Source: Macrostomum hystrix
Taxonomy: Eukaryota > Animalia > Platyhelminthes
DNA length: 64,000 bases
Direction of reading: 5' to 3'
Assembly: GCA_950097015.1 (NCBI GenBank)
Contig: CATNEN010000038.1
Span: forward strand, 15,500,001 to 15,564,000
This document shows positions 25,721 through 37,580 of this stretch, one piece after another. The position numbers were made by a program, and so were the translations under genes. Position 1 is the first letter of the stretch, and each line of letters begins with the position of its first letter. The notes under the pieces are model-generated. The model was not told where the DNA came from and made no database searches. It saw nothing but the letters and a program-made list of their open reading frames with translations.

Positions 25721-28700
25721 CTCGTGGTACTTTGGCTACCCAAAGCCCAGTCCCGAAAACTTCGTTTCAATGACGGAGGCCACCCTGCCGTCAAGGATCA
25801 GGACGGATAAAAAGACGGACAAAATGTTTCCCATTTGCAAGATGGACCCGGATGCCAGCCGAGGCCCCTGCCCGTCAGAGCAGTGGCTGCAGTTCAGCGG
25901 GTTCTGCTACCTGCTGGTCAAGGGAGCCAACGGAAGGACCCTCTCTGAGGCTGTGCTAGACTGCCAGAGTCGAGACAGGTCAGCTCACCTGCTGTGGGTC
26001 ACCAGTCAGGCTGAGATGGACTGGGTCACGGACTACTCAGCGAGGAACTGGAGACTCAGAGAGGACTACAGAGCTCAGTGCACGGACTGCAGGTTTCAGG
26101 GAGACGCAGCCTGGACTGGACTCTTCAGAGACGTGTCGGACGGAGGCAAGCTGAAGTGGCTGAGGGACAACTCAAGCGTCAGCGTCAGTGTGTGTGTGGT
26201 TTCTGAGGATAATCGAATGCATCTGAAAATTCATTGCAATAGAATGAACTTTTACATAATAATATTTTTATAAGGACTGTGGGCACGTCACTCGCCTGAA
26301 CACACTCATGCACACAGGTGTGTACATCTGCCACTGACTTTCTCATCGTCAGACGTCAGCAGCGTACACACTCTCACCATATGCCATGGAGGTTGGCACT
26401 CCAAGACGAAGTTGCAAAGCAGCCCGCAAGCATTCTCTTTGTGGCTGCAAATGAATGTGGCCTCACCGCGGATTCGAGTTCAGGAGCCTTAGTGAGAGAG
26501 GAAAATGCGTCAAACGCGCTTTCATTCACCCCAGTGAAACCTGTACAAGTCTCAGAATTTGAAACTGCATCGACGAATGTGCTCATTCTAAATTTCTTTT
26601 TGAACTGTACTTTGCCTGAATCCGCCTGAAATCTCTATTTGATGGTTTGTGAAATGTCTTCCTGGAATAGAAATTGTTCCAGCACAACACAATCTGCTGA
26701 GAAATCCCGTTTTGACATTTATAATGCTGTATTAGTCTCCTTACTAAAACATCAATAGTTTTAATATTATCTTCTGCCTGTGTGTTGCTGCAGCAACTGG
26801 TTTGGCAGCGGCCCGAGCGACTCACCAGCGGACCACGGCTACCTGTTTGATTCGGGCTCCGCATTGTACTGGAGGACATTCCAGTCCAATGCGAAGCATT
26901 TTCACCTGTGTAAGGCACCTGTGTTCGTGGCAACGACTTCACCTGATGTCATCACAGTGCCGTCTACGATTCCGGAGCTGAGGACTTCAACTGAGTTTAC
27001 AACTGTCACAACTCTGGTGCCAACAACTACTACGGAAGTTCCTCGGGGCCCCTGCCCGTCAGAGCAGTGGCTGCAGTTCAGCGGGTTCTGCTACCTGCTG
27101 GTCAATGGAACCAACGGAAGGACCCTCTCTGAGGCTGTGCTAGACTGCCAGAGTCGAGACAGGTCAGCTCACCTGCTGTGGGTCACCAGTCAGGCTGAGA
27201 TGGCCTGGGTCACGGACTACTCAGCGAGGAATTGGAGACTCAAAGAGGACTACAGAGCTCAGTGCACGGACTGCAGGTCTCAGGGAGACGCAGCCTGGAC
27301 TGGACTCTTCAGAGACGTGTCCGACGGAGGCAAGCTGAAGTGGCTGAAGGACAACTCGAGCGTCAGTGTCACACTGTGAGTGTGGTTGCTGAGGATAATC
27401 GAATGCATCTGGAAATTCATTGCAGAATAATGAACTTTTACATAATAATATTTTCATTAGGACTGTGGCCACGTCATTCCCCTGAACACACTCATGAACA
27501 CAGGTGTGTACATCTGCCACTGACTTTCTCATCGTCAGACCTCAGCAGCGTACACACTCTCACCATATGCCATGGAGGTTGGCACCCAAGACGAAGTTGC
27601 AAAGCAAGCCCGCAAGCATTCTCTTTGTGGCTGCAAATGAATGTGGCCTCACCGCGGATTCGAGTTCAGGAGCCTTAGTGAGAGAGGAAAATGCGTCAAA
27701 CGCGCTTTCATTCACCCCAGTGAAACCTGTACAAGTCTCAGAATTTGAAACTGCATCGACGAATGTGCTCATTCTAAATTTCTTTTTGAACTGTACTTTG
27801 CCTGAATCCGCCTGAAATCTCATGGCTCTATTTGATGGTTTGTGAAATGTCTTCCTGGAATAGAAATTGTTCCAGCACAACACAAGCTGCTGAGAAATCC
27901 CGTTTCGACATATATAATGCTGTATTAGTCTCCTTACTAAAACGTCAATAGTTTTAATATTATCTTCTGCCTGTGTGTTGCTGCAGCAACTGGTTTGGCA
28001 GCGGCCCGAGCGACTCACCAGCGGACCACGGCTACCTGTTTGATTCGGGCTCCGCATTGTACTGGAGGACATTCCAGTCCAATGCGAAGCATTTTCACCT
28101 GTGTAAGGCACCTGTGTTCGTGGCAACGACTTCACCTGATGTCATCACAGTGCCGTCTACGATTCCGGAGCTGAGGACTTCAACTGAGTTTACAACTGTC
28201 ACAACTCTGGTGCCAACAACTACTACGGAAGTTCCTCGGGGCCCCTGCCCGTCAGAGCAGTGGCTGCAGTTCAGCGGGTTCTGCTACCTGCTGGTCAAGG
28301 GAACCAACGGAAGGACCCTCTCTGAGGCTGTGCGAGACTGCCAGAGTCGAGACAGGTCAGCTCACCTGCTGTGGGTCACCAGTCAGGCTGAGATGGACTG
28401 GGTCATGGACAATTCGGCGAGGAACTGGAGACTCAGAGAGGACTACAGAGCTCAGTGCACGGACTGCAGGAACTTAGGAGACGCAGCCTGGACTGGACTC
28501 TTCAGAGACGTGTCCGACGGAGGCAAGCTGAAGTGGCTGAAGGACAACTCGAGCGTCAGTGTCACACTGTGAGTGTGGTTGCTGAGGATAATCGAATGCA
28601 TCTGGAAATTCATTGCAGAATAATGAACTTTTAAATAATAATATTTTCATTAGGACTGTGGCCACGTCATTCCCCTGAACACACTCATGAACACAGGTGT

Positions 28701-31686
28701 GTACATCTGCCACTGACTTTCTCATCGTCAGCAGCGTACACACTCTCACCATATGCCATGGAGGTTGGCACCCAAGACGAAGTTGCAAAGCAAGCCCGCA
28801 AGCATTCTCTTTGTGGCTGCAAATGAATGTGGCCTCACGGCGGATTCGAGTTCAGGAGCCTTAGTGAGAGAGGAAAATGCGTCAAACGCGCTTTCATTCA
28901 CCCCAGTGAAACCTGTACAAGTCTCAGAATTTGAAACTGCATCGACGAATGTGCTCATTCTAAATTTCTTTTTGAACTGTACTTTGCCTGAATCCGCCTG
29001 AAATCTCTATTTGATGGTTTGTGAAATGTCTTCCTGGAATAGAAATTGTTCCAGCACAACACAATCTGCTGAGAAATCCCGTTTTGACATTTATAATGCT
29101 GTATTAGTCTCCTTACTAAAACATCAATAGTTTTAATATTATCTTCTGCCTGTGTGTTGCTGCAGCAACTGGTTTGGCAGCGGCCCGAGCGACTCACCAG
29201 CGGACCACGGCTACCTGTTTGATTCGGGCTCCGCATTGTACTGGAGGACATTCCAGTCCAATGCGAAGCATTTTCACCTGTGTAAGGCACCTGTGTTCGT
29301 GGCAACGACTTCACCTGATGTCATCACAGTGCCGTCTACGATTCCGGAGCTGAGGACTTCAACTGAGTTTACAACTGTCACAACTCTGGTGCCAACAACT
29401 ACTACGGAAGTTCCTCGGGGCCCCTGCCCGTCAGAGCAGTGGCTGCAGTTCAGCGGGTTCTGCTACCTGCTGGTCAAGGGAACCAACGGAAGGACCCTCT
29501 CTGAGGCTGTGCGAGACTGCCAGAGTCGAGACAGGTCAGCTCACCTGCTGTGGGTCACCAGTCAGGCTGAGATGGACTGGGTCATGGACAATTCGGCGAG
29601 GAACTGGAGACTCAGAGAGGACTACAGAGCTCAGTGCACGGACTGCAGGAACTTAGGAGACGCAGCCTGGACTGGACTCTTCAGAGACGTGTCCGACGGA
29701 GGCAAGCTGAAGTGGCTGAAGGACAACTCAAGCGTCAGCGTCAGTGTGTGAGTTTACTGCCTTCATGATATTAATTTGAAGATCAAGAAGATAAGCTAAG
29801 AAAAGAAATCTTCTGCGTAATATAAGCAGAAAAAATGTTTATTATTAACAAAATTAGATAGGTGAGTTAAGCTGGTGCATCATGGCTCTGTTACCTCTTA
29901 ATGAAAGTGTTTTTATGAGTCTGAAAATATCTTTAATCACCCTAGCCAGATGATTCTAGCATGTGAAGCACCGGCCAAGTTATGATTTTTCTTTGCACTT
30001 CAGGCCATGGTATTTTATGTACGAACCGGCAGCGACTCCAAGAGACTTCGGCTACATTTATCAAGTGACAACAGGTGCTTTGTACTGGAGGACATACACG
30101 CCAAGCGCAAAGCACTACCACTTTTGCAAGGCTCCGATTTTCATTGCAACAACTGGAACGACTGTAATAACGACTACAACCATCACAACAACACCACAAA
30201 CTACAAAGACCACAACTACTGAACCAACAACTGCTGAACCAACAACTGCTGAACCAACAACTACTGAAGAAACAACTACTGAACCAACGACTGCTGAACC
30301 AACAACTGCTGAACCAACAACTACTGAACCAACAACTACTGAACCAACAACTACTGAAACAACAACTGCTGAACCAACAACTACTGAACCAACAACTGCT
30401 GAACCAACGACTATTGAACCAACAACTGCTGAACCAACAACTACTGAACCAACAACTACTGAACCAACAACTGCTGAACCAACGACTATTGAACCAACAA
30501 CTGCTGAACCAACGACTATTGAACCAACAACTGCTGAACCAACAACTACTGAACCAACAACTACTGAACCAACAACTGCTGAACCAACAACTTCTGAACC
30601 AACAACTACTGAAACAACAACTGCTGAACCAACAACTACTGAACCAACAACTGCTGAACCAACGACTATTGAACCAACAACTGCTGAACCAACAACTTCT
30701 GAACCAACAACTACTGAACTAACAACTGCTGAACCAACAACTACCGAACCAACAACTACTGAAACAACAACTGCTGAACCATCGACTACTGAACCAACAA
30801 CTACTGAAACAACAACTGCTGAACAAACAACTACTGAACCAACGACTGCTGAACAAACAACTGAAGCTCCAAAGACAGAATCTTCGACAACAGAAGATCC
30901 AAGAACAGAAGATCTAGCAACAGAAGGTCCAGCAACAGAAGGTCCAGCAACAAAAGATCCAGCAACAGAAGGTCCAGCAACAAAAGATCGAGCAACAGAA
31001 GCTTCAACAACAGAACCTTCAACAACAGAAGCTTCAACAACAGAAGCTCCAGCAACGGAATCTAGCACTTCTGGCACAGCAACCACAACGGACGGAAGCC
31101 GAGGCCCCTGCCCGTCAGAGCAGTGGCTGCAGTTCAGCGGGTTCTGCTACCTGCTGGTCAAGGGAACCAACGGAAGGACCCTCTCTGAGGCTGTGCGAGA
31201 CTGCCAGAGTCGAGACAGGTCAGCTCACCTGCTGTGGGTCACCAGTCAGGCTGAGATGGACTGGGTCACGGACTACTCAGCGAGGAATTGGACACTGAGA
31301 CAGGACTACAGAGCTCAGTGCACGGACTGCAGGTTTCAGGGAGACGCAGCCTGGACTGGACTCTTCAGAGACGTGTCGGATGGAGGCAAGCTGAAGTGGC
31401 TGAGGGACAACTCAAGCGTCAGTGTCAGAGTGTGAGTAGTCCTGGAAACAGATTTGTGTTATCCCCGATGTGCTCTGAAACGCAAACGCATGAGAAGCCC
31501 CGAACCCACCGCCGCAGACCGTGGCTCATCGGTCCCAGCCTGTCGCCAAACAACTTCGGCTTCCTGTTTGACGCACCGCGAGAGCTGCTGTGGCGGACCT
31601 ACCAGCCCGAGGCGCGCCACTTCCACCTGTGCAAGGCCGTCGGGAGCCGCTGCGGGAGTCCCTCGCTGCGATTGAAGGAAGAATAG
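25721..31686 (+). CDS. Lectin locus 2, cassette 2: CTLD exons A, B, B, B, C+mucin, D
   Basis: Exons 25721-26191, 26794-27375, 27987-28568, 29166-29747, 30004-31431, and D from 31518 (in-frame stop at 31686 unless spliced). Confidence 0.8.
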
Positions 31687-31691
31687 GTCAG

Positions 31692-31834
31692 GTGCAGCGC
31701 AGCAACTGCAGCAGCAGCAGTTTAGCCTCCTGCCTTGGCTGCACCTCGTGCTTGCACTGCTGGCCGGCCTGGCGTGTTTGATCGCCTGCGGCATCTGGCG
31801 ATCTCGGCGTCGACTCGTGTCTCAGCCCGCCTAG
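31692..31834 (+). CDS. Probable terminal transmembrane exon of lectin locus 2
   Basis: Reads GAAQQLQQQQFSLLPWLHLVLALLAGLACLIACGIWRSRRRLVSQPA*: a hydrophobic span followed by a basic stop-transfer. Preceded by CAG (phase 1). It is in a different frame from the adjacent D exon, so the junction is unresolved. Confidence 0.6.
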
Positions 31835-32319
31835 AAATGCTCAAGTTAAACGAATGCTCATATCAGAAAAATATTCTTCTTTAATCTAACCCAAAATGAC
31901 TGAAAATTTCATACCGAAAAAATATTATTCAATTTGTTCTTTTACTTGTTGCAATAGATTCCGATAAAAATCTGGTGCTGTTTTTAATTTTTAAAGCGTT
32001 AATTTTTGTTAATGTCTTCCTTTTAACGATTGCCAATCTATACTTAGTTACACTAAATTCTATAATTTAGCAAGGTAGATTTTTATACGTAACTTTTTAA
32101 ATTATTTTCTTAGACACGAATTGAGAAAAATATCCCAAATATTTACTTATTGGTCTGCTTAGATCGAAAAGAATTTTAGTATTACAAAATTCAAAAATGT
32201 ACAACCACTCCTGCTGATTGACATGTTTACCAATTGTGATATGCTCAAAGTATCAGTACTGAAACTTTTCAAACAGAATTGAGTTCTTGAGTGTCATGTC
32301 CAGTATGTAGTCCTGTATA

Positions 32320-33003
32320 TTATGGATCTAGTCTAACAGATTAGGGATCTATTCTTACATGTTATGGATCTAGTCTAACAGATTAGGGATCTAGTCTAAC
32401 AGATTATGGATCTAGTCTAACAGATTAGGGATCTAGTCTAACGGATTAGGGATCTAGTCTAACAGATTATGGATCTAGTCTAACAGATTAGGGATCTAGT
32501 CTAACAGATTAGGGATCTTGTCTAACAGATTAGGGATCTTGTCTAACAGATTAGGGATCTAGTCTAACAGATTAGGGATCTTGTCTAACAGATTAGGGAT
32601 CTTGTCTAACAGATTAGGGATCTTGTCTAACAGATTAGGGATCTAGTCTAACGGATTATGGATCTAGTCTAACAGATTAGGGATCTAGTCTAACGGATTA
32701 GGGATCTAGTCTAACAGATTAGGGATCTAGTCTAACAGATTAGGGATCTAGTCTAACAGATTAGGGATCTTGTCTAACAGATTAGGGATCTTGTCTAACA
32801 GATTAGGGATCTAGTCTAACAGATTAGGGATCTAGTCTAACAGATTAGGGATCTAGTCTAACAGATTAGGGATCTAGTCTAACAGATTAGGGATCTAGTC
32901 TAACGGATTAGGGATCTAGTCTAACGGATTAGGGATCTAGTCTAACAGATTAGGGATCTAGTCTAACAGATTGGGGATCTAGTCTAACGGATTAGGGATC
33001 TAG
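32320..33003. repeat. 21-bp minisatellite (GGGATCTAGTCTAACAGATTA)n
   Basis: Direct tandem copies. Confidence 0.97.
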
Positions 33004-33904
33004 ATTAAGAGAAAGCTTAAGTCATTTGCTAATTAATTAGCACAGCCAGTCAATGCGCTACGAATGCGTATGTACCTTAATGCAGATGTAAGGTACTTAC
33101 GAATCTAAGGCACTCTCAGTTTGACGGAATGTCATTGTATTTTAGTTTCACAGAAGTAAGTAAAAGGTAAAAATGGAAAAAAAGTATTTAAATACACAGA
33201 AAAAGAACTACATTTAAATAGAAGCAAACAGGACGTTAAAGATTGGATTTGCAAAAAACAGAAGGCTTAAAAGTCTTGAATTTTTCATAAATGAAGTGAT
33301 TGTAGCAGTTATAACTATGGAATGTGGAAGCCTGGATTGTCCTATAACAATGTCCTATATTTTTGGCATAGTTTAGTTCTTTACACAAAGAAAGATTTTC
33401 TTGTTTAAAAAAACGTGGCTTGGCTTTTACAAAATAAATATTATTTATCGCATATGACTACATTAAAAATGCTTTACATATGGAAGCATTAGAAATCTAA
33501 TTTGATTGGAATTCCGATTTTAGTGAGGCACATTATCAATTTTTTTTTACTAAAGTAGAAGAATATTAGTGTTGGAATGCATTAAAAAAAGTAGTTTGTA
33601 CAGACGCGGGTAACATGCCTTTAGTAACACACATAAAGCATCTATCCATAATTATGTTTAGCTAACATTTCGTAAGTTGCGTCATTTATTAACTTGCTTG
33701 CAAAACGACGCCGAGACATAAATGAACAAGAATGAACGAATTAAGTTGAAGATGGCACCGCTGAATTGATTAATTATAGTTCAGATGTCATTCAGCGAAC
33801 CCATTGAGCCGTGGGGTGTCCGACTGACAGCATTGGCTGTCACTGTGCCACTGACGAGGATCTCCCTGCAATTCAATTGCGGGCTGCTGTGAGCTTTGGA
33901 CGGC

Positions 33905-34970
33905 TTGTCTGTCTGCTGCCTGTCTGTCTGTCTGCCTGTGTCTGTCTGCCTGTGCCTGTCTGCCTGTGTCTGTCTGTCTGTGTCTGTCTGCCTGTGCCTG
34001 TCTGCCTGTGTCTGTCTGTCTGTGTCTGTCTGCCTGTGCCTGTCTGCCTGTGTCTGTCTGCCTGTGCCTGTCTGTGTCTGTTGCCTGTGCCTGTCTGCCT
34101 GTGTCTGTCTGCCTGTGCCTGTCTGCCTGTGCCTGTCTGTGTCTGTTGCCTGTGCCTGTCTGCCTGTGTCTGTCTGCCTGTGCCTGTCTGCCTGTGCCTG
34201 TCTGCCTGTGTCTGTCTGCCTGTGCCTGTCTGCCTGTGTCTGTCTGCCTGTGCCTGTTTGCCTGTGTCTGTCTGCCTGTGCCTGTCTGCCTGTGTCTGTC
34301 TGCCTGTGTCTGTCTGCCTGTGTCTGTCTGTCTGTGTCTGTCTGCCTGTGCCTGTCTGCCTGTGTCTGTCTGCCTGTGCCTGTCTGTGTCTGTTGCCTGT
34401 GCCTGTCTGCCTGTGTCTGTCTGCCTGTGCCTGTCTGCCTGTGTCTGTCTGCCTGTGCCTGTCTGCCTGTGTCTGTCTGCCTGTGCCTGTCTGTGTCTGT
34501 TGCCTGTGCCTGTCTGCCTGTGTCTGTCTGCCTGTGCCTGTCTGCCTGTGTCTGTCTGCCTGTGCCTGTCTGCCTGTGTCTGTCTGCCTGTGCCTGTCTG
34601 CCTGTGTCTGTCTGCCTGTGCCTGTTTGCCTGTGTCTGTCTGCCTGTGCCTGTCTGCCTGTGTCTGTCTGCCTGTGTCTGTCTGCCTGTGTCTGTCTGCC
34701 TGTGCCTGTCTGCCTGTGTCTGTCTGCCTGTGTCTGTCTGTCTGTGTCTGTCTGCCTGTGCCTGTCTGCCTGTGTCTGTCTGCCTGTGTCTGTCTGCCTG
34801 TGTCTGTCTGCCTGTGCCTGTCTGCCTGTGTCTGTCTGCCTGTGTCTGTCTGCCTGTGCCTGTCTGCCTGTGTCTGTCTGCCTGTGCCTGTCTGCCTGTG
34901 TCTGTCTGCCTGTGTCTGTCTGCCTGTGCCTGTCTGCCTGTGTCTGTCTGCCTGTGCCTGTCTGTGTCTA
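33905..34970. repeat. Compound (CTGTGT/CTGT/CTGC/CTGTGC) microsatellite, intronic
   Basis: Low-complexity tandem. Confidence 0.95.
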
Positions 34971-35275
34971 TCTGTAGATGTTTGACTATGTCTGTCTGCC
35001 TGTGTCTATGTACGTGCCGAACTGTGTCTGTGTATGTCTCTAAATAAAGTTCAGCATAACAAAGTATACGATCCGAAAACATACCCAGGTGCTTGCTTGA
35101 ATTTTTTGGCAGAGTCTACGGTTCTAGCTGAAATTAGCGACTGGTCGGCAGCCGTGAACTGTAAGGAAATGCAATTCGGAAAATTTCGCGAATTTAACAA
35201 TATTCGAGAATCTAATCGATAATTAGATTTTCCTCGCACCAAAAATTCAACTTGTGAACCAAAATAACAGCTCAC

Positions 35276-35884
35276 CTTGATCTTTTGCCTCTCAGAATTG
35301 CTGATTTTGTAGGCGTCATAGCAAAACTTGACTCCGCCGGCGATTGAAGCGACACCGAGAGCAATGAGAATCGGTCCAACGATTTCTCCTTTGTCCACTG
35401 TCAGCATGATGTTGTTGTGAAAGCGTAGAAGCAGGAGAGTCACCCCAACCATGATGACAACACCGCCTGCCACGAAGAGTGCAATGCTGATTCTGAATGG
35501 CGTCCTGCCCTTTCCATAATTAGGAGACTGAAAGTTGGTACGCAGCTTCTTGTCGTGATATTCCTGGCGAATATTTGTCTTGCCTCCTTTCTCGTCGGCA
35601 AGTGAAGCCTTCGATGCGCCTAGACTTTTGGATTGGCGCGCTAGATTTGTTCGAGAGCTCGAGCGTCCTGGACCGGCTGTTGAGGCTCGAGTGAACTGAC
35701 CGCTCGCGTATGGGTTCATGGAACCTCGAATCGGTGTCTGGGGAATGCCTGGATATCCCACTGGTGCGCCATAACTATTTACGCTCGCTGCATAGCTCGG
35801 CTGACGAGCATCGTAACCCGCAGGAGGATAACCGAATGATTGAGACGGGTAGCCTTGAGACCGAGTCATTTGAGCCTGCGCCAT
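35276..35884 (-). CDS. Two-transmembrane protein, exon 1 (G/Y/P/S-rich N-terminus; PIRT/TMEM100-like topology)
   Basis: ATG at 35884. Hydrophobic segments ISIALFVAGGVVIMVGVTLLLL and IVGPILIALGVASIAGGVKFC. Donor AAG|GTGAGC at 35276. Last exon is probably within 33781-33900, frame uncertain. Confidence 0.72.
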
Positions 35885-36350
35885 GTTTAAACTATATTCC
35901 AGGCCTTTGAACTCAATACACAATAAAACACTTACAAAAGCACTAAAACTTAAGCGCTAGTTTGGAATTCAACACTATTTATGCGTTCCACAGTAGATCT
36001 CTTTAGTGTCGAAGGACGCGGAAATGAGAAATGTCATTTTATTCTTATTCAAAAATTATCGCAACACGCTTTAACAAATTTGAAGTATTATTTATTTACC
36101 TTAACGTTGAGGAAACGTTAGAGGTTTTATTTATTATTTTATTATTATTTATTTATTATATTACGTTTAATTTTTATATTATTAAACGTTTATTTCTTTC
36201 AAAGGAAAAAATTTAGAAGCGTTGTATTTTCGAACTTTTCGTGAAATTTTTCTCGCTATGCATTTTAACATTTACAATAGGGCCTAATCGATGGCGATGA
36301 TTACTTAATAAAAAATCCGATTGCTTACTTTAGAGCACCCGACGGCAGAG

Positions 36351-36650
36351 GTCTAGACGGGGAAAAGCTTAAAATATCTCTCGTCTAGCCTGGAAAAAGC
36401 TAGTCTCTTAAGCTTACTTCTATGGACTAGACTAAATCCTGTTTATACAATTTACATGTTCTTTTCAATGCAAAAATTACTAGGGCCTAGGCCTATAGCT
36501 GCTTGATAGATTTTACAGTCAATCTTTTTTCTTTAAGTTGACTCTTGATAGCAAACCTAATTTTCCGGTCTAGTCCATAGAAGAAAGCTTAACAGACGAG
36601 CTTTTTCTAGGCTAGACGAGAGATATTTTAAGCTTTTTCCCTGTCCAGAC
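36351..36650. mobile_element. MITE-like element with about 83-bp imperfect terminal inverted repeats
   Basis: 36351-36432 is the reverse complement of 36568-36650. Confidence 0.65.
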
Positions 36651-36787
36651 GTTCAATGTGCGCCTTCTGAGCTAGGAGTCGCCGTCGATAGTCTGTGTTA
36701 CAGAAGGCTACTTTAATTCTGTGATCATTACATCATATTTCGGGCCTCAAATCATATAAAATAAGCAATCAGGTTTTATAAAAAATA

Positions 36788-36908
36788 ATAGCTATTTAAT
36801 TAGCATTCTGTGTTTAGAATGTCAGGCTGCAATATAATGGTCTCCAGGTGAAGCGAGCCGAGCACCATTGAATGTGGCCATGACATAGAATGCTTATTTA
36901 ATGGCTAT
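36788..36908. mobile_element. Short palindromic (foldback) element
   Basis: ATAGCTATTTAATTAGCATTCTGTGT pairs with ACATAGAATGCTTATTTAATGGCTAT; inner arms also pair. Confidence 0.5.
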
Positions 36909-37079
36909 GCCTATATCAAATATTTATGCACAGAGTCTTCTAATCTAAAAACCAATTGATATCTCATTGTCTGTATTTGCATTTAAGTCCTATTAGTATT
37001 GTCCAAGTCCAAATTACAACATATAGCTAGGCTTCCTGAAATGCAGTCCTGTGATTTGTTTTAAAGCTAATTTTTTCAG

Positions 37080-37580
37080 TTTTTTTGCCTAATTTATATT
37101 AGTTTGAATCAGTTCCTAGGTGTTGCATAGAGTCTAAATTTGATCCAAATAGGCCTAGTCATGTCACATCATTCTATGGCCAGAACCAAAGCCAAAATCA
37201 TTTTTTGTTTGAAAAAAACACCAAGAATTAAATGTGAACAAACAAAACAGTAACAACAGACATTTTAGTTATTGCTTTAGTTGTACTTTATATGTTCACA
37301 AAGGTTATGCCCTAGTAGTGAGTTATCTAGAGAATGCTACCAAACACATTGGTGGGGTAGAGCCACTACCAAAGGTACTCTAACTTCAAAATGACTTTGG
37401 AACAGAGCATTAGATGTGCTATGCATGTTCTACAATTTCAGCTTTGCATGGGCTAGATTCAAACTATATATTGTTTTGGCTATAGACAGATGATATGGCC
37501 TGACTCATTGGTTCAAATTCTGACTTTATGTGACTTGTTGGTTCCACTTTAAACTAATAAATAATTAGGCAAAACAAAGT
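37080..37580. mobile_element. Old MITE-like element with diverged, about 110-bp inverted repeats
   Basis: TTGCCTAATTTATATTAGTTT..CTATGGCCAGAAC pairs with GTTTTGGCTATAG..AAACTAATAAATAATTAGGCAA. Confidence 0.45.

Larger units (their letters stand above)
16309..31635 (+). repeat. Tandem segmental duplication of the lectin cassette (units about 16309-23079 and 23080-30991, partial 30992-31635)
   Basis: Offsets are 6771 and 7912 bp. Exons, introns, SINE and the 19-bp satellite are near-identical. Unit 2 has one extra B module and 15 fewer mucin codons. Confidence 0.93.

Noticed and set aside
10526-31086. Long antisense or alternative-frame ORFs (GSVVV, WFSSC, NQQLL repeats) over mucin exons
   Set aside because: Shadows of the EPTTT coding repeat.
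32320-33003. TTAGGG in each unit suggesting interstitial telomere
   Set aside because: Single hexamers embedded in a 21-mer, not tandem telomeric repeats.
33781-35082. ORFs of 339-433 aa (QADRHRQT / CLCLSACV)
   Set aside because: Stop-free microsatellite inside an intron.
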